Made by a program: the position numbers and the translations under genes. A stretch of DNA of 64,000 nucleotides from Mizuhopecten yessoensis (Eukaryota), in contig NW_018406002.1 of assembly GCF_002113885.1 (NCBI RefSeq), positions 353,958-417,957 of the forward strand, read 5' to 3'. How positions within the stretch are numbered: the stretch's first letter is position 1; every line of letters begins with the position of its first letter. Below, piece by piece: positions 13,671 through 24,295 of the stretch. The notes below the pieces were generated by a model. It was not told the DNA's origin and ran no database searches. It saw only the letters and a list, made by a program, of their open reading frames with translations.

Positions 13671-16270
13671 CATTAACGTTAACATTGTCTGGCGTTGTTG
13701 TCCTCGCCACTGGTAGATCTTACATTAACGTTAGCATTGTCTGTCGTTGTTGTCCTCGCCACTGGTAGATCTTACATTAACGTTAACATTGTCTGGTGTT
13801 GTTGTCCTCGCCACTGGTAGATCTTACATTAACGTTAGCATTGTCTGGCGTTGTTGTCCTCGCCACTGGTAGATCTTACATTAACGTTAGCATTGTCTGG
13901 CGTTGTTGTCCTCGCCACTGGTAGATCTTACATTAACGTTAGCATTGTCTGGCGTTGTTGTCCTCGCCACTGGTAGATCTTACATTAACGTTAACATTGT
14001 CTGGCGTTGTTGTCCTCGCCACTGGTAGATCTTACATTAACGTTAGCATTGTCTGGCGTTGTTGTCCTCGCCACTGGTAGATCTTACATTAACGTTAACA
14101 TTGTCTGGCGTTGTTGTCCTCGCCACTGGTAGATCTTACATTAACGTTAGCATTGTCTGGCGTTGTTGTCCTCGCCACTGGTAGATCTTACATTAACGTT
14201 AGCATTGTCTGGCGTTGTTGTCCTCGCCACTGGTAGATCTTACATTAACGTTAGCATTGTCTGGCGTTGTTGTCCTCGCCACTGGTAGATCTTACATTAA
14301 CGTTAGCATTGTCTGGCGTTGTTGTCCTCGCCACTGGTAGATCTTACATTAACGTTAACATTGTCTGGCGTTGTTGTCCTCGCCACTGGTAGATCTTACA
14401 TTAACGTTAGCATTGTCTGGCGTTGTTGTCCTCGCCACTGGTAGATCTTACATTAACGTTAACATTGTCTGGCGTTGTTGTCCTCGCCACTGGTAGATCT
14501 TACATTAACGTTAGCATTGTCTGGCGTTGTTGTCCTCGCCACTGGTAGATCTTACATTAACGTTAGCATTGTCTGGCGTTGTTGTCCTCGCCACTGGTAG
14601 ATCTTACATTAACGTTAGCATTGTCTGGCGTTGTTGTCCTCGCCACTGGTAGATCTTACATTAACGTTAGCATTGTCTGGCGTTGTTGTCCTCGCCACTG
14701 GTAGATCTTACATTAACGTTAACATTGTCTGGCGTTGTTGTCCTCGCCACTGGTAGATCTTACATTAACGTTAGCATTGTCTGGCGTTGTTGTCCTCGCC
14801 ACTGGTAGATCTTACATTAACGTTAGCATTGTCTGGCGTTGTTGTCCTCGCCACTGGTAGATCTTACATTAACGTTAGCATTGTCTGGCGTTGTTGTCCT
14901 CGCCACTGGTAGATCTTACATTAACGTTAGCATTGTCTGGCGTTGTTGTCCTCGCCACTGGTAGATCTTACATTAACGTTAACATTGTCTGGCGTTGTTG
15001 TCCTCGCCACTGGTAGATCTTACATTAACGTTAGCATTGTCTGGCGTTGTTGTCCTCGCCACTGGTAGATCTTACATTAACGTTAGCATTGTCTGGCGTT
15101 GTTGTCCTCGCCACTGGTAGATCTTACATTAACGTTAGCATTGTCTGGCGTTGTTGTCCTCGCCACTGGTAGATCTTACATTAACGTTAGCATTGTCTGG
15201 CGTTGTTGTCCTCGCCACTGGTAGATCTTACATTAACGTTAACATTGTCTGGCGTTGTTGTCCTCGCCACTGGTAGATCTTACATTAACGTTAGCATTGT
15301 CTGGCGTTGTTGTCCTCGCCACTGGTAGATCTTACATTAACGTTAGCATTGTCTGGCGTTGTTGTCCTCGCCACTGGTAGATCTTACATTAACGTTAGCA
15401 TTGTCTGGCGTTGTTGTCCTCGCCACTGGTAGATCTTACATTAACGTTAGCATTGTCTGGCGTTGTTGTCCTCGCCACTGGTAGATCTTACATTAACGTT
15501 AGCATTGTCTGGCGTTGTTGTCCTCGCCACTGGTAGATCTTACATTAACGTTAGCATTGTCTGGCGTTGTTGTCCTCGCCACTGGTAGATCTTACATTAA
15601 CGTTAGCATTGTCTGGCGTTGTTGTCCTCGCCACTGGTAGATCTTACATTAACGTTAGCATTGTCTGGCGTTGTTGTCCTCGCCACTGGTAGATCTTACA
15701 TTAACGTTAGCATTGTCTGGCGTTGTTGTCCTCGCCACTGGTAGATCTTACATTAACGTTAGTATTGTCTAGCGTTGTTGTCCTCGCCACTGGTAGATCT
15801 TACATTAACGTTAACATTGTCTGGCGTTGTTGTCCTCGCCACTGGTAGATCTTACATTAACGTTAGCATTGTCTGGCGTTGTTGTCCTCGCCACTGGTAG
15901 ATCTTACATTAACGTTAGCATTGTCTGGCGTTGTTGTCCTCGCCACTGGTAGATCTTACATTAACGTTAGCATTGTCTGGCGTTGTTGTCCTCGCCACTG
16001 GTAGATCTTACATTAACGTTAGCATTGTCTGGCGTTGTTGTCCTCGCCACTGGTAGATCTTACATTAACGTTAGCATTGTCTGGCGTTGTTGTCCTCGCC
16101 ACTGGTAGATCTTACATTAACGTTAGCATTGTCTGGCGTTGTTGTCCTCGCCACTGGTAGATCTTACATTAACGTTAGCATTGTCTGGCGTTGTTGTCCT
16201 CGCCACTGGTAGATCTTACATTAACGTTAGCATTGTCTGGCGTTGTTGTCCTCGCCACTGGTAGATCTTA
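13671..16270. repeat. 52-bp satellite, 50 nearly identical copies, intronic
   Basis: Unit CATTAACGTTAGCATTGTCTGGCGTTGTTGTCCTCGCCACTGGTAGATCTTA; 2600 bp = 50 x 52. Confidence 0.98.
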
Positions 16271-17147
16271 CGGCGACACTGTTTACAGTCTTCAATTTTT
16301 AAGAAGAATTCTTTTTATGGAATCTTTATATTAAAAAAACGAATTGATTATTAAATCCTAATTTCAAACACGTTATGTATAATTAGATGTAGTAATACTG
16401 AAGAATCTTTGACACTGGAATCTATATAAATGTATATGAAAATATGATTCAAATAGGAACACCATTTTCTCACTAACCATTAAGTTTGTCCGTTTCCCCT
16501 CCTTGCCCCTTTCCACCTTCCCTTCCAACTTGTAATTCGATCGTACAGGAGATATTTTTTATCGTCATTTAAAAGATTACTGTCAATTCCACAGAAATAT
16601 ACGGGGCGTCGATCTGTTTGGTCCACGGCACAGATTACTACTTCGCTGAAAAACTCCTTTCTGCATTGTCACAATTTCAACGATATAACTGAATATCGAA
16701 TGTCTGTCTTAAGTAACGGTGAAGATGATGAAAATTAACCGAGGCTAATTTTTCTTGTATTGCTTTCCAGTTTCTTGTGATTGCCTTCCTACTCAGTGGA
16801 GATATTGAGATGGATCGTGACATCAACAAAGGATGTTAAAAAGACAAACACCTGTTATATTACATAACTTTTTTCTGATACTTTCGGTATTTTTTCCATT
16901 CTAATGCTTCAAATGCCTTAGGGGACATAGGGGGATAAGATTGAAGATGATTGAAAAAAGACTGGAGCTCTTATACAATTTCAGGTACAATTGTATTTTC
17001 CTTGATAATAAATTGGAGCCCAATGCAAAAGTAGGTGACTGCTGCCAAATTCTTTCCCATCTACGTACCAATGTGATGGTGATGAAGATTCAAATGGAAA
17101 TCTCTATTGTTTGTTTACAGTTTTAAAATCAAGACAAGGATTAATAG

Positions 17148-18791
17148 AATCTATCACTCCTGTGTGATATAGACAGAGATATCTCATCCCGAGGGTTGAG
17201 ATATCTCTGTCTATATCACACAGAAGTGATTGATTATTTTTCTCCCACATTTTCGTACCGTAAAAATACCTCCACTGCGAAGTTGTATTTTTGACCCCGA
17301 TGCACCGTACTATCATCAATGGCGCATGAATACACGCATAGCCGCTGTACTGCAAATGTGTGTAAAAAAAATCCGCAACGTCAATAATAAATAGAAGTCA
17401 TAATTAAATTTAGATATTTTATACATTAGTAGTATTAGCAACGTTATATTGTATATTAACATTTTTTGTCATAAGATTAAGCGATATAGTGTCTTTAACG
17501 AAAACACACAGAACTAATTGCACTCCCTGACTTCACGCTTCGAAAAGTTCACTCGGAGTCAGAATACAACACCCTCGGTCGTTTCGTTTTGGGGGCTGAC
17601 ATCGTTGTGTTATTGTTTATAGTTATGTTAAAGGTTCCTCCAGTGATTGTTGTGCCTTGGAAGATACTTGGGATTTCACATTCATTGGATTTTAATTTAC
17701 GAACGCGTTCAGGTTCGCACAAGGACATGCTGTTGTGCGCTGTAGTCACATGTGTAATATTTGTTGACTGTTCGTTTGACATTGGCCGATGTGAGGTAGG
17801 TGCACTAGACCCAGTGTGTCGTCCTAAGTCCGTTTGTACGGTTTTATTTGGNNCGCCTCTCTCGTACCTGCGAACTGATGACTGGAAATCAAACTATACC
17901 CATATCTATGACGTTTTAAATACCTTTCAAACGAGCCAAGCATCCCTCTTAAGTAACTGGGTTGATACTCGCTACCATCTTTCTGTCGTACACAAATTAA
18001 AAATTTTGAAAGGTGCGAATCGAGTTCGGTAGTTGGGATTTGGTGCATTTGGCGCAATTCGTTTACGTCGTTCAGAAAATGTTCAAACAGTTTCATATGA
18101 CAAAGAGTTTTCTTTTTCGTGTTAATATTCTCGTTTTGGTCCACAAAGTTTCTTAAGTCATTTTCGTCCATGTTAACAAATCTACCGGCAACGCGTGGGG
18201 CTGTGGCAGTCGCCGTCTGCTGAGGAGAGCCCGGGGGCGCCGGGGTTGTATGTGATCGTCGGGGGGTCAACATTGATTCAGATTGTCCCTGCTCTAACTC
18301 ATGTAGCATTGCCTGTGTTTCTGCATGGGATATTTCACTCAGATATTTGCTCACATCAAAATCAAGCATATCAAACTCAAGTTCGTCGTCTGCTAGCCCT
18401 TTTACCAATTCATGCTTCGACGCTGTAACGATAGTACCGTTACCAAATAATTGCACTTTGTACATAACATACGTTCCTAATGGTTTAACTTCATCTACAA
18501 TTCTTCCCTTTTCACCATTTCTTCCTACGGTAACACATTCGCCTATTTTGAATTGTCGGGATGTTGAGCTTGCCATTATACAGTGTTTGTTTACATGTGT
18601 ATTACATGTGTGTAAAAGGTTATGATGTAATCGTTTTTGCTGAAAGTGCACAGGGTCACAGGTCATGGTGAAAGAAGTGCGTTGTCTGTGACGTAATAGC
18701 GCGTGTCAGCTGTCTTGATCGAGGTAGATCAAGACAGGTTTATCTTTTCCCTACCAAAAACGGAAATGAACCTGTGAAGGGTGGGAGAAAA
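17148..18791 (-). mobile_element. Crypton-type (tyrosine recombinase, DUF3504-related) DNA transposon
   Basis: 88-bp palindrome at 17148-17235. Inverted repeat TTTTCTCCCAC (17238-17248) / GTGGGAGAAAA (18781-18791) brackets a minus-strand ORF with CryptonA/ZMYM/KCTD1-like motifs. Confidence 0.75.
17549..18576 (-). pseudogene. Crypton/DUF3504-related recombinase ORF; the catalytic core is absent at the NN junction (17852-17853)
   Basis: From ATG 18576: MASSTSRQFKIG...RFVNMDENDLRNFVDQNENINTKKKT...LDSHLSKFLICVRQKDGSEYQPSYLRGMLGSFERYLKRH...FAGTREA (the N-terminal core of DUF3504-family proteins). After NN another frame gives PNKTVQ...SIFQGTTITGGTFNITIN...KRPRVLYSDSE*, a typical Crypton C-terminal tail. 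Confidence 0.8.
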
Positions 18792-18945
18792 TGTAATGCT
18801 CTTCCAAATATTTAGTCAGTCCGCCATCTTAATACGTTTCTAAGTGGAGATGCAGATCTCTGATTGCAGCCATCAGTTCCATTACTTTCTGTACAGTCTC
18901 TGTCTATAATGACTACGGGTTTACTTTTTTTGTTACACGTGTTGC

Positions 18946-19141
18946 CTATTCCGTCTTTGCGTATTGCAGGGTTATCTGCTCTTGTGAGCAGGTATTGATT
19001 GTTACGTCATTTGTTTGTGAGAGTAACGTCTTCATTTTTTTTTTTAGAAAACGACGTAATTTTCACACACAAACCAATGACGTAACAATCAATACCTGCT
19101 CACAAGAGAAGATTACTCTGCAAAACGCAAAGACGGAATAG
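18946..19141. mobile_element. Fully palindromic ~195-bp MITE, TA-flanked (Tc1/mariner-like)
   Basis: ctattccgtctttgcg...gtattgattgttacgtcatt is inverted to aatgacgtaacaatcaatac...cgcaaagacggaatag. Confidence 0.85.
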
Positions 19142-21008
19142 TTTTTGTGTATTGTATTGTCGGGAGGGGGCTTAGTAACGTGTCAGAAATGCCCCCATGT
19201 TGATAGTTTATGCATTCAAGTAAGCATTATAATTATTTTCCCCCAAAAATAAGATCCTGTACTGTATCATACGATAACACTATCTACACATTCATAAACA
19301 TGGTGCCAAGAAAGACATAAGGAAATCAAAGGAAAGTGATGGCAACGTTGTACTGGCAAATCAGCCTAGTCTGCGTATACACCTGAACTACTTATCAAGG
19401 ATGGTAAGGACAGGTCAGTTAAAAGCATTATAGAAAGCCGACGTTTCGTATAACGAAGATTTATCTGATCGGCGACCTTGCCCTAGGCCTGTACGACAAC
19501 ACCTCGTAAAAAGCATGCGAGATGGAGTCGACAGGACTTCCTGAGGAAACAGGTGACAGTCCTGCTCATCTTGCTAATTAAAACCAATGCCGACTATGGA
19601 AATATGTCATCAGTTGTTGGTAGTCAAACTGAACACTCGTTTTCTATAAACTATACCGGGTATTGATCCCTGATGACACCTAAGCTCATCATGTCGGTAC
19701 TTTATACGGGGAAACATTCACCAAAACTTTGGCCTTTCATTTATTTCGCCCTTCACATAAAATGATTATATATAAAGTATGCTGTTTACTTTTTCGTGTT
19801 CAGAATAAATTCGCCCTAATTAAGAAGGCGAAGAAGATGAAAATTGAACTGTGGTGAGAACTTCCCAGTAAAATCAGTAAAATCTGAAAATCGAACCCCT
19901 TTTATAAAATATAAACTCGATCCGCAAAAATAGAATACCATAGTCGATAAGAAATTCTAGAAGATGGTTTGTATTTAATAATGAATTTAGTTTAAATATA
20001 TTTTTATTCAAATGAAGCAAAAGGATTTGGGAGGGGGGGGGGGGGGGGGAATATACATGTATAATGCTAATAAATCAGTATTACAAACCTGAATACCAGT
20101 ATTCTCATTCTTGTCGTATACAATGCCATTAATAAACCCGGTGTGTTTGTCTCGCCAATAATCAAACGTTGACCGCTAGGGGTAAGTAATGTCCACTCAA
20201 GCCAAATGAAACCTAACAGACGGTCTACATATCATGTACAATGTATACGTACGGGATGTAATTTTCCAAAATTGACCATAATTTTACCCGAAGGCTGTCT
20301 CGATAAACTCGAGTTGGTCGTATGATAGATTCGCCACGGAATGAAGAGCATCAATCTTTATTCCAATCTTTGAGTTTTTATGGAGAGTTTATCTCCTGCC
20401 TCGATACAAACAATTGTCTGGTTGATGGATATATCCTAACATTAATTTAAACGAAAAATTAAGTTAATGTTTTGTATCAGATGTCTAAGCCCTTGAAATG
20501 ACAACAATCGATCATGAAGAAGAAATCTACTTGTGCAGATCACTGAGTATCCTCGGTAGGGATTGAATTGGTTCTTTAGATCAGAACAGAGAGCATACGA
20601 AAGGACCGGGTTTCCATGACAGTAAAAACGATAGTTGATTGGCGAGAAACATGTTGTTTTTGTGGATGGCATCAACATTTGACTCCAAGAGCTAGTTTTG
20701 TTAAGGAGATAAAATAATTTAAATTAGAAGTAACCAAACGCCTTTCCAAGCAATTGCAGTCATCAATCATTTTCACGATATCTGTTCACGTGACATTACC
20801 CCGTTCATTAGTTGAATTCAGTTTTAGACTTTTTATAAGAAACGAGACGAGATCAAAACACCCAATTTGTAATTTTGAGTAAGAATGACGTAAGAGGAAT
20901 CACAATAAAAGAGGAAGTTACGTGCATGTCTGGCGCGAGCTACAGCATGACAACAAATGATGCGATTTTTGATTTTGCTGATCGTAATATCTAGTGATAT
21001 TTATATAT

Positions 21009-22355
21009 CTCAAAGGGATTGACTCTGCTATTGGCCTATATTAAACATCACAAAGGGGTTGACTCTGCTATTGGCCTATATTAAACATCACAAAGGGAGT
21101 GACTCTGCTGTTGGCCTATATCACAAAGGGATTGACTCTGCTGTTGGCTTATATTAAACATCACAAAGGGATTGACTCTGCTATTGGCCTATATTAAACA
21201 GCACAAAGGGATTGACTCTGCTGTTGGCCTATATCACAAAGGGATTGACTCTGCTGTTGGCTTATGTCGCAGAGGGACTGACTCTGCTGTTGGCTTATAT
21301 CACAAAGGGATTGACTCTGCTATTCGCCTATATTAAGCATCACAAAGGGATTGACTCTGCTATTGGCCTATATTAAACATCACAAAGGGATTGACTCTGC
21401 TGTTGGCCTATATCACAAAGGGATAGACTTTGCTATTGGCCTATATTAAACATCACAAAGGGATTGTCTCTCCTGTTCACCTATATCACAAAGGGATTGA
21501 CTCTGCTATTAGCCTATATTAAACATCACAAAGGGATTGACTCTGCTGTTGGCTTATATCACAAAGGGATTGACTCTGCTATTCGCCTATATTAAACATC
21601 ACAAAGGGATTGACTCTGCTATTGGCCTATATTAAACATCACAAAGGGATTGACTCTGCTGTTGACTTATATCACAGAGGGATTGACTCTGCTGTTGGCC
21701 TATACCTCAAGGGGGTTGACTCTGTTGTTGGCTTATATCACAAAGGGATTGACTCTGCTGTTGGCCTGTATCACAAAGGGATAGACTTTGCTATTGGCCT
21801 ATATTAAACATCACAAAGGGATTGATTCTGCTGTTGGCCTATATCACAAAGGGGTTGACTCTGTTGTTGGCTTATATCACAAAGGGATTGTCTCTGTTGT
21901 TGGCTTATATCACAAAGGGATTGACTCTCTTGTTCACCTATATCACAAAGGGATTGACTCTCTTGTTCACCTATATCACAAAGGGATTGACTCTGCTATT
22001 GGCCTATATTAAACATCACAAAGGGATTGACTCTGCTGATGGCCTATATCACAAAGGGATTGACTCTGCTGTTGGCCTATACCACAAAGGGATTGACTCT
22101 GTTGTTGGCTTAAATCACAAAGGGATTGACTCTGCTGTTGGCTTATATCACAAAGGGATTGACTCTGTTGTTGGCTTATATCACAAAGGGATTGACTCTG
22201 CTGTTGGCCTATATTAAACATCACAAAGTAATTGACTCTGCTGTTGGCCTATAACACAAGGAGGTTGACTCTGCTATTGGCCTATATTAAACATCACAAA
22301 GGGATTGACTCTGCTGTTGGCTTATATCACAGAGGGATTGACTCTGCTGTTGGCC
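21009..22355. repeat. 33/40-bp satellite, array 1
   Basis: Unit ATCACAAAGGGATTGACTCTGCTGTTGGCCTAT, with an optional ATTAAAC insertion. Confidence 0.97.
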
Positions 22356-23815
22356 GTTATTTTGTTGCTTTAGTATATTATGGCATGGTGTACCTAAGTT
22401 ACTTATTTAACAATCAATTATCTGTTGCAGCACAAACAGATAAACACATAATAAAGGGGATATTGGCACCTTACCCCATTGGTTGTAGTTCCACATGTTT
22501 TGGGACATTTGTAATATGGGTTTTCATTTCTCTGGGCTGTTAGTTACGCTGACGAGTCCTAAATTGACAAAATGACCAAACGTTGCCAGACACAGTTTCA
22601 TTGTTTGGTATTGTACATCGTCTTAATTAATCTTGGAATAGATGCTCCCTCATTTCAAGTGCTTTCGTTTACTGCTGTGGTTTATATAAAATAAGAAGTT
22701 TATGTAGAATACGTACCACAAAGGGATTGACTCTGTTGTTGGCTTATATCACAAAGGGATTGACTCTGCTGTTGGCCTGTATCACAAAGGTATAGACTTT
22801 GCTATTGGCCTATATTAAACATCACAAAGGGATTGACGCTGTTGTTGGCCTATATCACAGAGGAATTGACTCTGCTGTTGGCCTGTATCACAAAGGGATA
22901 GACTTTGCTATTGGCCTATATTAAACATCACAAAGGGATTGTCTCTCCTGTTCACCTATATCACAAAGGGATTGACTCTGCTGTTGGCCTTTGCTATACA
23001 TCTCAAAGGGATCGACTCTGCTGTTAGCCTATATCACAAAGGGATTGACTCTCTTGTTAACCTATATCACAAAGGGATTGACTCTCTTGTTCACCTATAT
23101 CACAAAGGGATTGACTCTGCTGTTGGCCTATAACACAAGGGGGTTGCCTCTGCTATTGGCCTATATTAAACATCACAGAGGGATTGACTCTGCTGGTGGC
23201 CTGTACCACAAAGGGATTGACTCTGCTGTTCACCTATATCACAAAGGGATTGACTCTGTTGTTGGCTTATATCACAAAGGGGTTGACTTTGCTGTTGGCC
23301 TATATTAAACATCACAAAGGGATTGACTCTGTTGTTGGCCTATAACACAAGGGGGTTGCCTCTGCTATTGGCCTATATTAAACAATTAAACATCACAAAG
23401 GGATTGACTCTGTTGTTGGCTTATATCACAAAGGGATTGACTCTGCTGTTGGCCGTTATTTTGTTGCTTTAGTATATTATGGCATGATGTACCTAAGTTA
23501 CTTATTTAACAATCAATTATCTGTTGCAGCACAAACAGATAAACACATAATAAAGGGGTTATTGGCACCTTACCCCATTGGTTGTAGTTCCACATGTTTT
23601 GGGACATTTGTAACATGGGTTTTCATTTCTCTGGGCTGTTAGTTACGCTGACGAGTCCTAAATTGACAAAATGACAAAACGTTGTCATACACAGTTTCAT
23701 TGTTTGGTATTGTACATCGTCTTAATTAATCTTGGAATAGATGCTCCCTTTATTCCAGTGCTTTCGTTTACTGCTGTGGTTTATATAAAATAAGAAGTTT
23801 ATGTAGAATACGTAC
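22356..23815 (+). repeat. 361-bp direct repeat (22356-22716 and 23455-23815), each copy following a satellite array; possible PLE 3' end/pLTR
   Basis: Both copies begin gttattttgttgctttag and end atgtagaatacgtac, with a few substitutions. Each contains ctgacgagtc-ctaaatt-gacaaaa. Confidence 0.9.
22717..23454. repeat. 33/40-bp satellite, array 2
   Basis: Same unit as 21009-22355. Confidence 0.97.
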
Positions 23816-24202
23816 TGTCTATTTGGTATTGACGTCTTGTCTGATCTCTTGTTATCTCTGTGGTTTCCATGCCGTTAGCTTACCACATACTGTTGTACAG
23901 CTTCTGTGTCCTACTGGACCTAGCTTAATCTCCCGTCGCCGCCACTGACCACAACGATGTACAATGCATCTCAATGACCAGTACGTTTGTCACCTTACTT
24001 AACGCACAGAATATTATCACGTTATCAAATAATGAAAAAATCTCGGAAAAAATCTCTGTTCTCGAGAGAAATGAAATTATTGTCGAGTAAAATTAATGAT
24101 CACGGAAAAGTGTATAAATGATCCAAAAACAAATATGAAGGTTGCTGTTTTTGAGTATGCCTATAAGAGTGTTTTGCTGTTTTGTCACCACGTCGGTCTT
24201 TG

Positions 24203-24295
24203 TCACGAGGACGTGACATTACTTTGATCTTTATTTACATGACGAGTGTTATCGATGAAGCAGAAAGCGCTTACCCTTCCTGATTTCCTGGTCTT
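24203..24295 (-). repeat. Dispersed repeat fragment, with a second diverged copy in opposite orientation at ~32261-32352
   Basis: The ORF track shows the shared SGRVSAFCFIDNTRHV / SGKVSVFCFIADSRHV; the nucleotides align in inverted orientation. Confidence 0.6.

Noticed and set aside
13671-16270. CRISPR array
   Set aside because: Head-to-tail identical units with no unique spacers, no cas genes, and a spliced eukaryotic context.
17824-18666. Host KCTD1/ZMYM/QRICH1 gene
   Set aside because: Intronless, bounded by inverted repeats, antisense inside a GPCR intron, and lacking BTB or MYM domains. A Crypton transposon fits better.
20030-20049. Poly-G tract as a regulatory G-quadruplex
   Set aside because: A simple homopolymer with no supporting context.
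21009-23454. CRISPR array or repeat-protein gene (HKGIDSAVGLY)n
   Set aside because: No spacers. The 40-bp variants shift frame and introduce stops, so the ORFs are by-products of a 33-bp unit.
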